Assembly: GCA_964390145.1 (NCBI GenBank)
Contig: CAYMHB010000001.1
Span: 6,389 to 70,388 of the forward strand
DNA: 64,000 nt
Reading direction: 5' to 3'
From: an uncultured Oscillospiraceae bacterium
GTDB lineage: Bacteria; Bacillota; Clostridia; UMGS1883
Part shown: positions 28,093 to 37,671 of the stretch, piece by piece
How positions within the stretch are numbered: position 1 is the stretch's first letter
How the letters are laid out: each line of letters starts with the position of its first letter
Translations under genes and position numbers: made by a program
The notes under the pieces: model-generated
Told to the model about the DNA's origin: nothing
Seen by the model: the letters and a program-made list of their open reading frames with translations, nothing else
Databases searched by the model: none

Positions 28093-28959
28093 TTATATAT
28101 TTCTGAAAAAGTAGCTTAAGTTTTTAAGATTTTCTACAACATGAAAAGGTCCTGTGCAGACTGCGTCCAACCATATTTTCAATGCTTTTTTACGCTGATT
28201 GACCTTGATGTAATATTTTACGACGCCCATTGACCTTTTATATCTTGCGTAGCGGTGCGTTTTGAGGTAATCTTTATAAATTGTTCTGATTCGTTCTGAA
28301 CCTTCAACCTTCTTTGCCCAGTTTGTCGAAATTCTTTCTCCACCGTGCAAATGGACAATTGAAAGCGGCTCGTCGACGTAGTCTATCTTATACTCCCTGG
28401 CAATCCTAAGCCACATTTCATAGTCCTGCGCGGCGGGCATCGTTTCGTCAAAGCCTCCGCACTTTTCAAAGCACTCTTTCCTGATTGTAGGGAATGCAAG
28501 TATGAAATTCTTGAGTATAAGCTTATCAAAGACAAAGCCTCTGTGCTTGTCCTGATTCGAACTTTTTATATCGCCTGTCGACTCATTCACAAGGTAACAG
28601 TCGCTGTAAACGAGTCCGATTTCATTGTCCGAAAATTTTTCCAATCTTTTTTCGACGCACGTTTCAACGAGCTCATCATCGTCGTCAACATACATTATAA
28701 GCTCGCCCTTCGAGATAGAAATTCCGCGGTTTCTTGAAGCACACGCTCCCATATTTTTTTCGTTGGCAAGGTATGTTATGCGACCATCTTCTATGCTTTC
28801 AATCGCTTCTTTTATTTCTGCACGCTTCTCATAATCGGCAGGGCTGTCATCAACCACGATTATTTCAATGTCTTTATACGTCTGATTTCTGACACTTTCA
28901 ACAGCACGCAAAACCATATCCAAGGGGCGTTTATATGTAGTTATTATTATACTGACCAT
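28093..28959 (-). CDS. GT2-family glycosyltransferase
   Basis: MVSIIITTYKRP..., IEIIVVDDSP, YVDDDDE (DXD). 288 aa. Confidence 0.85.
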   Translation of the reverse strand: MVSIIITTYKRPLDMVLRAVESVRNQTYKDIEIIVVDDSPADYEKRAEIKEAIESIEDGRITYLANEKNMGACASRNRGISISKGELIMYVDDDDELVETCVEKRLEKFSDNEIGLVYSDCYLVNESTGDIKSSNQDKHRGFVFDKLILKNFILAFPTIRKECFEKCGGFDETMPAAQDYEMWLRIAREYKIDYVDEPLSIVHLHGGERISTNWAKKVEGSERIRTIYKDYLKTHRYARYKRSMGVVKYYIKVNQRKKALKIWLDAVCTGPFHVVENLKNLSYFFRNI

Positions 28960-28971
28960 TTCACGATCTCC

Positions 28972-29898
28972 TTACTTATTAAGCGTAATCCAATCTCCTA
29001 ATTTAAGGTCCCATTCTTCAGGCTCAAAGCCCTTCATCCCACTTGCAGGGAAAAATGTTATTTCGCCAAAATAGATTTTTCCGTCTATTTCGTAAAAGTC
29101 CGTTCTCACAAAGGGAATATCCCTAGCAAGAATTTTTGACAATTCAAGCATTTTTTCGAGAGTTTGCGGTTTTTCGTGGTGCTCCGCTCTGTTTGGAATG
29201 TCAGGTCTTTTTATATCCAGATGCTCCCACGAGGTATCGTAAAAGTCCTCGGTAAGTCCTTCCTCTGAAAATCTGCCGTCGCAAACAAGAATAAATTTCG
29301 GCTCGCCGTTGAAATTGTGAATTTTGAAATCCTTAATTTCCTCACCGTTTTCAGATACCATAAATTTTTCGGCAATGATACGCCGCTTTACATCTTTATA
29401 CGGCCATTCGCGGGATGTTATAAAGTAATTTTGCCCAAGTCCTTTTTTTAATTCTCTCTTCACCTTTTTAATGTCAAGCTTGCCCTTATCCTTGCAGATA
29501 CACATTCCAAGTCCGCTGTTGTGATTACACTTTAATACAAATCTTTCGGGAAGAGCGTCAAAATCAATGTCATCTGGAGTGTCCCACACTCCAAGAAGCG
29601 GGATTAAGTATTCCTCACCGATTATCTCTGATATGTAGCTTCTTACAGCGTACTTGTCTACCATCTGCGTGTACTCTTTTTTTCTGTCATAAAGCTTTAT
29701 CCACTGCAGTTTCTCGCTAAAGGTCTGCGGTTTCTTTATGTCAAGCTTTTTATTCATTGTCAGATTGAATTTCGTTTTCAGGTACAGCTTGTCCGAAAAC
29801 AGATGCGCAAGGCACTCCTTACTCAGTACAATCTGCAAAACAATCTTCGGACTGCGTATAGCCTTCTCGAGTTTGCGTAAAATCTTCTTGATTTTCAT
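28972..29898 (-). CDS. TupA-like ATP-grasp amidoligase
   Basis: KKPQTFSEKLQWIKLYDRKKEYTQMVDKYAVRSYISEIIGEEYLIPLLGVWD, FVLKCNHNSGLGMCICKD, DFKIHNFNGEPKFILV and IYFGEITFFPASG match TupA-type (PF14305) proteins. Start set at ATG 29898 (GAGGAG 6 nt upstream) instead of 29976. Confidence 0.75.
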   Translation of the reverse strand: MKIKKILRKLEKAIRSPKIVLQIVLSKECLAHLFSDKLYLKTKFNLTMNKKLDIKKPQTFSEKLQWIKLYDRKKEYTQMVDKYAVRSYISEIIGEEYLIPLLGVWDTPDDIDFDALPERFVLKCNHNSGLGMCICKDKGKLDIKKVKRELKKGLGQNYFITSREWPYKDVKRRIIAEKFMVSENGEEIKDFKIHNFNGEPKFILVCDGRFSEEGLTEDFYDTSWEHLDIKRPDIPNRAEHHEKPQTLEKMLELSKILARDIPFVRTDFYEIDGKIYFGEITFFPASGMKGFEPEEWDLKLGDWITLNK

Positions 29899-31183
29899 CA
29901 AAATCTCCTCTTGTTTCTTCATAGACTTCAGGTGCTTTCGAAGCGAAGTCTTCTGCAATTTCTTTAATGTATTCATCTGAATTTTTTTCGGGAGGTTGCT
30001 TCAGCGCTTTTGTATTTATCAGGAAAAACGCCATCAGTATCCAATGCAGTTTATCATAATAGGTAACCAGTGCTACTTCCATCACCAAGCGTGCAAGGAA
30101 GATTGAGAGAAGCGCCTTGCTGGCATCACTTTTTGAGCTTATTAACGATTTTATGGCTATAACATAAACCAGGTAGTAAAGAATGAAGCCTACAAGTCCG
30201 AAATCAACCAGAATTTCAATAAAGTTGTTGTGAGAGTACACTCCATATCCCGAAACAATTGCATAGTTATTTGCGCCGTATCCAATCATAAGACGGTCTT
30301 TGAAAATGTTCCACCCATCAATTATCATACTAAGTCTTACTTTTGCGGATTCATCGCCGTCACCTTCACCGCTGATAATTTCTGTAGCCTTTTCAATACG
30401 GTGATTTATTAGCTCAAACATAGGAAGTTTCATTACCGCCATAAAACCAATTACAAGTATGGCTGTAATAACTAATATTTTGTAGAGCTTCCTTATTCCG
30501 TACTTTTTGTAAATGAGGAAAAGTACGCCTATACACATCATTATAAGAGCTTTTCTTGAGCCGCTTGCCATTGCAAACAAAAATGCGGTTGAAACTACTA
30601 CTATGTGAAATATCTTGAATCGTTTACGGTAAAACAGATAGTAAAACGCAACTATGATCGTTATCGCGTTCATCATACCAAAGGTGTTTGCCTGACTTAT
30701 TTTTCCTCCGATTCTTACGTTTGCGCTAGTCATAATTTCAATTACCTGAGCGAGTCCATAAGATTTTATACTGTATGCTACAAGAGAAATTCCTGCAATA
30801 TAAATACTTTTGAGTAAATACTCGTGAGCTTCCTCTTCTTCGCTGAAAAGGTTGTATGTCAGAAAGAACAGCAGAAATACCTGCCATATGGTACCCATTG
30901 TAAACGAAGCATAGAAGCTGTTCTTTGCCCAGAAAATTGTTGCATACATCCATGTAACGGTTATATATGCTACCAGCACATTCTTACCAATATGTATTCT
31001 TTTCCTCTGCAAAAGAAAAAGCATTGTGAATCCGGCATATAAAATAAATACGAGTCTTGATATTCCGACAGTTGAAGCTTTGTTTACAAATGTATAGAGT
31101 GTTATCATATATACTGTGAAAAACAGTCTTGCCAGTTTCTCAAATAGCGGTCTATTCTTTTTTAAATTTGCTGTGTTTTCCAT
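29819..31183 (-). CDS. wzy: Wzy-type O-antigen/repeat-unit polymerase (O-antigen ligase-like family), paralog 1, with acidic C-terminal tail
   Basis: About 10-12 TM helices, a loop with SGSRKALIM and HNNFIEILVDFGLVGF. Paralogous to 31225..32496. Start set at ATG 31183 (GGGTGG upstream) to match the MENT... N-terminus of the paralog. Confidence 0.7.
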   Translation of the reverse strand: MENTANLKKNRPLFEKLARLFFTVYMITLYTFVNKASTVGISRLVFILYAGFTMLFLLQRKRIHIGKNVLVAYITVTWMYATIFWAKNSFYASFTMGTIWQVFLLFFLTYNLFSEEEEAHEYLLKSIYIAGISLVAYSIKSYGLAQVIEIMTSANVRIGGKISQANTFGMMNAITIIVAFYYLFYRKRFKIFHIVVVSTAFLFAMASGSRKALIMMCIGVLFLIYKKYGIRKLYKILVITAILVIGFMAVMKLPMFELINHRIEKATEIISGEGDGDESAKVRLSMIIDGWNIFKDRLMIGYGANNYAIVSGYGVYSHNNFIEILVDFGLVGFILYYLVYVIAIKSLISSKSDASKALLSIFLARLVMEVALVTYYDKLHWILMAFFLINTKALKQPPEKNSDEYIKEIAEDFASKAPEVYEETRGDFDENQEDFTQTREGYTQSEDCFADCTE

Positions 31184-31224
31184 AATTCCACCCAAATTCA
31201 ACAAGGTAACTGTTTTATAATAAA

Positions 31225-32496
31225 TTAATCTATAGTTTCTCCTCCAACTGAAATACCTTCCTCTAAATCGGGTATTTCAGTATCAGCTTCTTCTTGTGAA
31301 AGTTTCTTTTCAGCTAAGGCTTTTTCAACACTAATCAGACAGAATGCCATCATTACCCAGTGAATTTTTCCGTAATATGTAACCATGGCAATTTCCATCA
31401 TAAATCGTACAAGAAAAATGCAGCAGAGTGCCTTTCCTGCATCTTCTTTTGCGCTCCATAAGTTTTTGAACGCGAAAAAATAAGTAAGATAGTAAAGAAT
31501 AAATCCAATCAGTCCGAAATCAACCAGAATTTCAATAAAGTTGTTGTGTGCATATGTTCTGAACCTTGTAACATTTCTATAGTTATTCGCGCCATACCCT
31601 ACTACAATACGGTCCTTGAACACTTCCCATCCGGTAATAATCATATTCTTTCTTGTTCTGGCAGAGGAGTCACCCATGCCCTCACCTGTAACAATCTCAG
31701 TGGCATTCTCCATTCTCGTTGTTATAGTATCAAACATAGGAAGCTTCATCGCCATTGAAAAAGTCACTATGAGTATCGCGACAACTGCCACTATTTTATA
31801 AAGTTTCCTCCAGCCGTATTTTTTATAAACCATTAAAAGCACTCCAGCCACTATCATAAGCAGAGCCTTCCTTGAGCCACTCGACATAGCAAACAAGAAT
31901 GAAACTATCACTGTAGCTGCGTGCAACATTTTGAATTTTCTTTTGTACAGAAAATAGTAAAATGCCACCATAACAGTCGTAGCATGCATCATACCGAAGG
32001 TGTTTGCCTGATTTATTTCTCTGCCAAGTCTTACAAAGTTTTCTCCTGACATAGTATTAATTACATCCATAAACCCGTAGACGTATATACTGTAACCTAT
32101 AAGCACAAGGCCTGAAATATAAAGGCTCCTCAGAAGATGCTCGTGAGCATCAGGCTGCTTTACAAACAGATTGTACACCAAAAAGAACTGTATAAACAGC
32201 TGCCACATGGTTTTCATCATAACTGTAGCATCGTGCGTGTTTTCTGCCCAGAAAACCGTTGCAAACATCCAGGTAAATGCAATATACACACTCATTACAT
32301 TTTTTCCGATGTGTATACTTTTGTTTCGGAGCACTGCTACTATTGTAAAAGCTGCAAAAACGACGAATACTACCTTTGATACAATAATGGTTTCTTCGCG
32401 ATCAACGAAGATATAGAGCGTTATCAAATACAAAGTAAAGAGAAATTCTGCTATTCTCTGCGATATTCTTTTTTGTGGTTTTATCGTATTTTCCAT
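31225..32496 (-). CDS. wzy: Wzy-type repeat-unit polymerase (O-antigen ligase-like family), paralog 2
   Basis: 423 aa polytopic membrane protein. SGSRKALLM, HNNFIEILVDFGLIGF. Collinear with paralog 1 throughout. Confidence 0.7.
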   Translation of the reverse strand: MENTIKPQKRISQRIAEFLFTLYLITLYIFVDREETIIVSKVVFVVFAAFTIVAVLRNKSIHIGKNVMSVYIAFTWMFATVFWAENTHDATVMMKTMWQLFIQFFLVYNLFVKQPDAHEHLLRSLYISGLVLIGYSIYVYGFMDVINTMSGENFVRLGREINQANTFGMMHATTVMVAFYYFLYKRKFKMLHAATVIVSFLFAMSSGSRKALLMIVAGVLLMVYKKYGWRKLYKIVAVVAILIVTFSMAMKLPMFDTITTRMENATEIVTGEGMGDSSARTRKNMIITGWEVFKDRIVVGYGANNYRNVTRFRTYAHNNFIEILVDFGLIGFILYYLTYFFAFKNLWSAKEDAGKALCCIFLVRFMMEIAMVTYYGKIHWVMMAFCLISVEKALAEKKLSQEEADTEIPDLEEGISVGGETID

Positions 32497-32540
32497 TTAT
32501 TTCACCCAAACTCAAAACTTGCTCGTCAAAATCTTTGATG

Positions 32541-33698
32541 TCAGAATTTTCTCCAGACCATTTTATTTACTACGCCTGTATATGACTGAATAATTTTAAC
32601 TACCTTGGTTGATACTTCTTCCTCGACATAATCAGGAACGGGGATTCCGTGGTCTTCATTTTTAGTCATTTCCACCGCGGTATCAACAGCCTGAAGAAGA
32701 CTGTCCTCGTCAATGCCGGCAAGAATGAAGCAAGCCTTGTCAAGCGCTTCGGGGCGCTCGGTACTTGTTCTGATACAAACTGCGGGGAAAGGATTTCCGA
32801 TGCTTGTGAAGAAACTGCTTTCCTCGGGAAGTGTGCCTGAATCAGACACTACTGCAAATGCATTCATCTGCAGGCAGTTATAGTCGTGGAAGCCGAGAGG
32901 CTCGTGCTGAATTACGCGGCTGTCAAGTTTGAAAGCGGATGCTTCAAGTCTTTTCTTTGAACGCGGATGGCACGAATAAAGAATCGGCATATCGTATTTT
33001 TCTGCCATTTTGTTGATGGCTGTGAAAAGAGATGTGAAATTCTTTTCTGTATCAATATTCTCTTCTCTATGGGCAGAAAGGAGAATGTATTTTCCTTTTT
33101 CAAGTCCGAGACGCGCATGGATATCGCTCTTTTTGATATCTTCAAGATTATTGTGCAGAACTTCTGCCATAGGAGAGCCTGTCACATAGGTTCTTTCTTT
33201 GGGAAGTCCGCAATCTGCGAGGTAGCGTCTTGCGTGCTCGGAATATGCAAGGTTGACATCTGAGATAATGTCAACTATTCTGCGGTTTGTTTCTTCGGGA
33301 AGGCACTCGTCCTTACAACGGTTGCCTGCTTCCATATGGAAAATCGGGATGTGTAGACGCTTTGCACCGATTACACTGAGGCAGGAATTTGTATCACCAA
33401 GCACCAATACTGCATCAGGCTTGATTTCTGCCATAAGCTGATAGGACTTTGCGATGATATTTCCCATTGTTTCCCCGAGGTCGTTTCCTACCGCGTCAAG
33501 ATAAACATCGGGGTCATCAAGTTTGAGGTCACGGAAGAATACTCCGTTTAAGTTATAGTCATAGTTCTGCCCTGTGTGAGCAAGAATGGTGTCAAAATAC
33601 TTTCTGCACTTATTTATAACAGCCGCAAGACGAATAATCTCGGGACGGGTACCTACGATTATGAGCAGTTTTAATTTTCCATTGTTCTTGAATTCCAT
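32541..33698 (-). CDS. fnlC: UDP-2-acetamido-2,6-dideoxy-L-talose / UDP-GlcNAc 2-epimerase (FnlC/CapG type, non-hydrolysing)
   Basis: LLIIVGTRPEIIRL, LGDTNS, HMEAGNR, SDSGT. 385 aa. Sits directly downstream of the fnlA and fnlB homologs. Confidence 0.8.
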   Translation of the reverse strand: MEFKNNGKLKLLIIVGTRPEIIRLAAVINKCRKYFDTILAHTGQNYDYNLNGVFFRDLKLDDPDVYLDAVGNDLGETMGNIIAKSYQLMAEIKPDAVLVLGDTNSCLSVIGAKRLHIPIFHMEAGNRCKDECLPEETNRRIVDIISDVNLAYSEHARRYLADCGLPKERTYVTGSPMAEVLHNNLEDIKKSDIHARLGLEKGKYILLSAHREENIDTEKNFTSLFTAINKMAEKYDMPILYSCHPRSKKRLEASAFKLDSRVIQHEPLGFHDYNCLQMNAFAVVSDSGTLPEESSFFTSIGNPFPAVCIRTSTERPEALDKACFILAGIDEDSLLQAVDTAVEMTKNEDHGIPVPDYVEEEVSTKVVKIIQSYTGVVNKMVWRKF

Positions 33699-34846
33699 TA
33701 TTCTACCACCTCTCCAAAAGTGTCGGGTTTATCGGGGTTAAAGCATTCGTTTGCCCACATTACCGTAACAAGGTCTTCGCTGTCAGACAAATTTATGATG
33801 TTGTGTGTATAACCTGGAAGCATATGTATTGCCTCAATCTTTTCGCCTGAAACTTCAAAGTTGAGGACTTCATCACTACCGATTTTCCTTTGCTGGATAA
33901 GTCCGTGACCCGATACAACGATGAAAAACTCCCATTTTGTGTTGTGCCAGTGCTGTCCCTTGGTAATACCGGGTTTTGATACATTAACGCTGACCTGACC
34001 GCATTTTTCACTGCGAATAAGTTCGGTGAAGGAGCCGCGTGCGTCGACATTCATTTTAAGGGGGAATGCCACTTTCTCGCGAGGCAGGTATGAAAGATAT
34101 GTTGAATATAGTTTCTTTGCAAAACTGCCGTCGGGGATTTCGGGCATTGTAAGGGTTTCGGGTTGTTTTTTGAAAGTGTTTAGAAGCTCAACAATTTCAC
34201 CGAGAGTGATTTTATGTTCCACGGGAACTTTACAAAAATCTCCGTCGCGGTTTTCGTTACCCATAATCGCGTTTATGATTTCGTCCACTACATCATCTAT
34301 GTAGCAAAGCGTCATCATATGACTTTCGTCATTTACCGTAATGGGCAAATCGTTTGCTATGTTATGACAGAAGGTAGCAACGGCGCTGTTGTAGTTAGGT
34401 CTGCACCATTTGCCGAAAAGGTTGGGGAAACGGTAGATAAGCACCTTTACCCCGTTTTCTCTGCCGTAGGCAAACAGCAAATCCTCGCCTGCTTTTTTAG
34501 ATTTTCCGTAAGGATTGTCAAGTGCCGCCTGAATCGAAGACGAACCAAGGATGGGCGCTTTGTTCCCATACTTTTTGAGGGCATCAAGCATTACGGATAC
34601 AAATCCGTAGTTACCCTGCATAAACTCTTCCTCGTTCTGAGGGCGGTTTACACCTGCAAGGTTTACGATAAAGTCTGCCTCTTTGCAGTAGGAATCAAGT
34701 TCCTCGGGTGTAGAGCCGAGGTCGTACTCGAAAATATTTTCTACTTTAAGTTCGCGCGTCCTGTCCTTGCCATCTCTTATATTTTTAAGATTGGCTACAA
34801 GGTTTTGTCCAACAAACCCCTTGGCACCTGTTACAAGAATGTTCAT
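33698..34846 (-). CDS. fnlB: CapF/FnlB-type bifunctional reductase/epimerase (SDR N-domain plus cupin C-domain)
   Basis: MNILVTGAKGFVGQNL Rossmann motif and a C-terminal cupin motif (GITKGQHWHNTKWEFFIVVSGHG). 382 aa. Confidence 0.8.
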   Translation of the reverse strand: MNILVTGAKGFVGQNLVANLKNIRDGKDRTRELKVENIFEYDLGSTPEELDSYCKEADFIVNLAGVNRPQNEEEFMQGNYGFVSVMLDALKKYGNKAPILGSSSIQAALDNPYGKSKKAGEDLLFAYGRENGVKVLIYRFPNLFGKWCRPNYNSAVATFCHNIANDLPITVNDESHMMTLCYIDDVVDEIINAIMGNENRDGDFCKVPVEHKITLGEIVELLNTFKKQPETLTMPEIPDGSFAKKLYSTYLSYLPREKVAFPLKMNVDARGSFTELIRSEKCGQVSVNVSKPGITKGQHWHNTKWEFFIVVSGHGLIQQRKIGSDEVLNFEVSGEKIEAIHMLPGYTHNIINLSDSEDLVTVMWANECFNPDKPDTFGEVVE

Positions 34847-34851
34847 AAAAA

Positions 34852-35901
34852 TTAGTCCTCCAAAGCGGAAAGTTCGTCACGGATATACTGAAGTGAAAGC
34901 AGTTTTTCCTTGACTGCTTCAACATCTAAAAGCTCGGTATTATTTGAATTAAATTCGGTGAGGGGATTTCTGTTCTTGTCCCCGTCCTTGAAATATTTGT
35001 CGTAATTAAGGTCACGCTTATCGGCAGGCACACGGTAGAAGTCACCCATATCGATAGCATTTGCACATTCTTCGTTGGTAAGAAGTGTTTCACACATCTT
35101 TTCGCCGTGACGGATGCCGATAATTTTGATTTCACTCTTGTTTTCCTTATCAAAAAGTTCCTTTACTGCCTTTGCAAGAACTTCGATTGTGCAGGCAGGA
35201 GCCTTTTGCACCATAATATCTCCGCTTGTTGCATTCTCAAAAGCAAAGAGAACAAGCTCAACCGCTTCTTCAAGTGACATTATAAAGCGTGTCATATTGG
35301 GTTCGGTGAGTGTAATCGCTTCGCCCTTTTTAATCTGCTCTATCCAAAGCGGAATAACGGAGCCGCGCGAACACATCACGTTGCCGTAACGGGTACAGCA
35401 GATAGATGTTTTTTCGGGAGAAACTGTTCTTGCTTTGGCAACGGCTACTTTTTCCATCATAGCCTTGGAAGTGCCCATTGCGTTGACGGGATATGCAGCC
35501 TTATCGGTTGAAAGGCAGATAACATTCTTTACGCCTGCTTCGATAGCGGCAGAGAGAACATTGTCAGTGCCTATAACATTTGTCTTTACCGCTTCAAGCG
35601 GGAAGAACTCACAGGAGGGAACCTGTTTGAGCGCTGCCGCGTGGAAGATGTAGTCAACGCCGTACATCGCATTTTTAAGGCTGTTATAATCTCTTACATC
35701 GCCGATGAAGAATTTGATTTTGCCTGCTACCTCGGGCATTTTTGCCTGAAATTCATGACGCATATCGTCCTGCTTTTTCTCATCACGTGAGAAAACGCGG
35801 ATTTCAGCAATATCGGTTTTGAGGAATCGGTTTAATACTGCGTTACCGAAACTTCCCGTGCCGCCTGTTATAAGTAATGTTTTTCCTGTAAATAAGCTCA
35901 T
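34852..35901 (-). CDS. fnlA: UDP-GlcNAc 4,6-dehydratase/5-epimerase (CapE/FnlA/WbjB type)
   Basis: KTLLITGGTGSFGNAV. NAMGTSKAMMEK carries the CapE-type MxxxK in place of YxxxK. Start probably at MSLF (35901) rather than 35916. Confidence 0.85.
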   Translation of the reverse strand: MSLFTGKTLLITGGTGSFGNAVLNRFLKTDIAEIRVFSRDEKKQDDMRHEFQAKMPEVAGKIKFFIGDVRDYNSLKNAMYGVDYIFHAAALKQVPSCEFFPLEAVKTNVIGTDNVLSAAIEAGVKNVICLSTDKAAYPVNAMGTSKAMMEKVAVAKARTVSPEKTSICCTRYGNVMCSRGSVIPLWIEQIKKGEAITLTEPNMTRFIMSLEEAVELVLFAFENATSGDIMVQKAPACTIEVLAKAVKELFDKENKSEIKIIGIRHGEKMCETLLTNEECANAIDMGDFYRVPADKRDLNYDKYFKDGDKNRNPLTEFNSNNTELLDVEAVKEKLLSLQYIRDELSALED

Positions 35902-35916
35902 CGTATGTTCCTCCAA

Positions 35917-37104
35917 TTATATGGTTTCTATCAAATCGATAAAGTTTTCTTTGCAAATGTCGTACCCGAAGCTGTGTGAGCGCTCTTTTGCAAGGCGAGC
36001 GTATTTTTCACGAAGCTTACTGTCCTCTGCCATGCGCTTCATTGCAGTATAAAGATGCTCTTCTGCCGTGGTAAGAGTTTTTTCTTCCCATTCTTCCTCA
36101 TTTTCAAGGGGCATTGTGATTATACCGAACTGTGCTTCCTCGATACTGTCACATACTGTATCTATGGGAGTATTGGGTGCGAGTATTTCCCTCGGCCCCG
36201 ATTTACAATCTGCCGCAATTATGGGGAGACCGCACACCATAGCCTCAGTCATAGCGTTGGGGAAACCTTCAAAAAGCGAGGAAAGAACGTATATGTCAGA
36301 TTTTGCTATGAAACCGAATGGGTTGGGGTGTCTGTCAGTAAGTATTATGCTGTCCGTGAGATTGAATTTCTCTATAAGCTTTACTACCTTTTCGTCTATC
36401 TGTCCAACCAGAATAAGTGCGGTATTAGGATTTTCATCGTGCAGCTTCTTAAATGCTTTAAGAAGGTGCCAATAACCTTTCTGGTACATCTGCCTGCCGA
36501 CTGTGATGAATGTTGTCTTTCCCTCTGCTTTTGAGAGGTCATAGTCACATTCTTTTTTCATTTGTTCTTCGATTTCGTCTATATCGTAGGGGTTATAGAT
36601 TACTTTCATCTTTTCTTTCGGGATGTTGTAATTTTTTATATAAAGGTCTTCAATGACTTTCGTAACGGGAACAACCTTGTCCGCTCTTTTGTAAAGCATC
36701 TTATAAAGTGCGTTTGTAATCCTGCCAAGCAGACTGCCGTTGTTTTCCGATGCGGAATAGTTGCGGATTGATACGGCGCTCTTGCACCCTTTTACATTTG
36801 ACAGGATATTTACCATATTGGGGCTGTCAAGGAAACTTATCACAAGGTCAAGTTCTAACTCTTTCTTTTTCTTGCGAAGCTTTTTGATTCTTTCAAGCAT
36901 AAGAAGAATTTTTGAAAGAGCGCCTGCTCTTGACGGAGCATCGAGATTTACCAGTGTTCCGCCGTGGTCGTATTCCATATATGTATCCTCGAACAAAATA
37001 ACATAGATGTTATATTTATCTTCAAGGATTTTCGATACTCGCGACACGACTCTTTCTGCGCCGCCGCTATTTAATTCAGATATAAGAAGACCAATATTTT
37101 TCAT
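35917..37104 (-). CDS. GT4-family glycosyltransferase
   Basis: MKNIGLLISELNSGGAERV. EX7E-like region (SSLFEGFPNAMTEAMVCGLPIIAADC). 395 aa. Confidence 0.8.
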   Translation of the reverse strand: MKNIGLLISELNSGGAERVVSRVSKILEDKYNIYVILFEDTYMEYDHGGTLVNLDAPSRAGALSKILLMLERIKKLRKKKKELELDLVISFLDSPNMVNILSNVKGCKSAVSIRNYSASENNGSLLGRITNALYKMLYKRADKVVPVTKVIEDLYIKNYNIPKEKMKVIYNPYDIDEIEEQMKKECDYDLSKAEGKTTFITVGRQMYQKGYWHLLKAFKKLHDENPNTALILVGQIDEKVVKLIEKFNLTDSIILTDRHPNPFGFIAKSDIYVLSSLFEGFPNAMTEAMVCGLPIIAADCKSGPREILAPNTPIDTVCDSIEEAQFGIITMPLENEEEWEEKTLTTAEEHLYTAMKRMAEDSKLREKYARLAKERSHSFGYDICKENFIDLIETI

Positions 37105-37116
37105 AGTGTTATCCTT

Positions 37117-37671
37117 TTAGTAGTTATTCTTTTTTGCAAGTAATTCGTTTACTGTCTTATCATCAAAACGCATTTTGATAACTTTGGCAGGAACTCCGCC
37201 GACATAGGAAAATGGCGGAACATCACTTGTTACAATGGCGCCTGCCGCAACAACGGCACCATAGCCGACTGCAACGCCCTTTAAAATTGTGCTGTTTGCG
37301 CCAATCCAGTTATCACCTTCAAAAATGACATCCTGATCGTCTTCGGGGCGTTTGTCGCTATCGGTAAAGCTTGTCATATACCGTCCGGGGACGTCGGTGA
37401 TGTGATTTCCCGTAATAACCGATACCTGAGGGCCAAACATAACGTGGTCGCCGATAATGATTTTTGCCCTTGTGGTAAGGAACATACACCGCTCACCGAT
37501 TGAAACATCGTTTCCGAAGGATATGTTTTCAAAGCCACTTGCGCTAAATCCGCGACCGAGTGTAACATTTTTTCCGCAGGAACGAAGCATACTCTTTTTA
37601 ATGGGGGTGGTTACAAATTTATTCCATGCACGTGAAAACAAATTCGCAAATTTGTATATCGCTTTTAACAT
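37117..37671 (-). CDS. Hexapeptide-repeat (LbH) acetyltransferase
   Basis: LbH repeats ([48 protein letters not shown]). Start moved to the internal Met (MLKAIYKF...), which gives a 7-nt overlap with the upstream GT4 gene. Confidence 0.7.
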   Translation of the reverse strand: MLKAIYKFANLFSRAWNKFVTTPIKKSMLRSCGKNVTLGRGFSASGFENISFGNDVSIGERCMFLTTRAKIIIGDHVMFGPQVSVITGNHITDVPGRYMTSFTDSDKRPEDDQDVIFEGDNWIGANSTILKGVAVGYGAVVAAGAIVTSDVPPFSYVGGVPAKVIKMRFDDKTVNELLAKKNNY

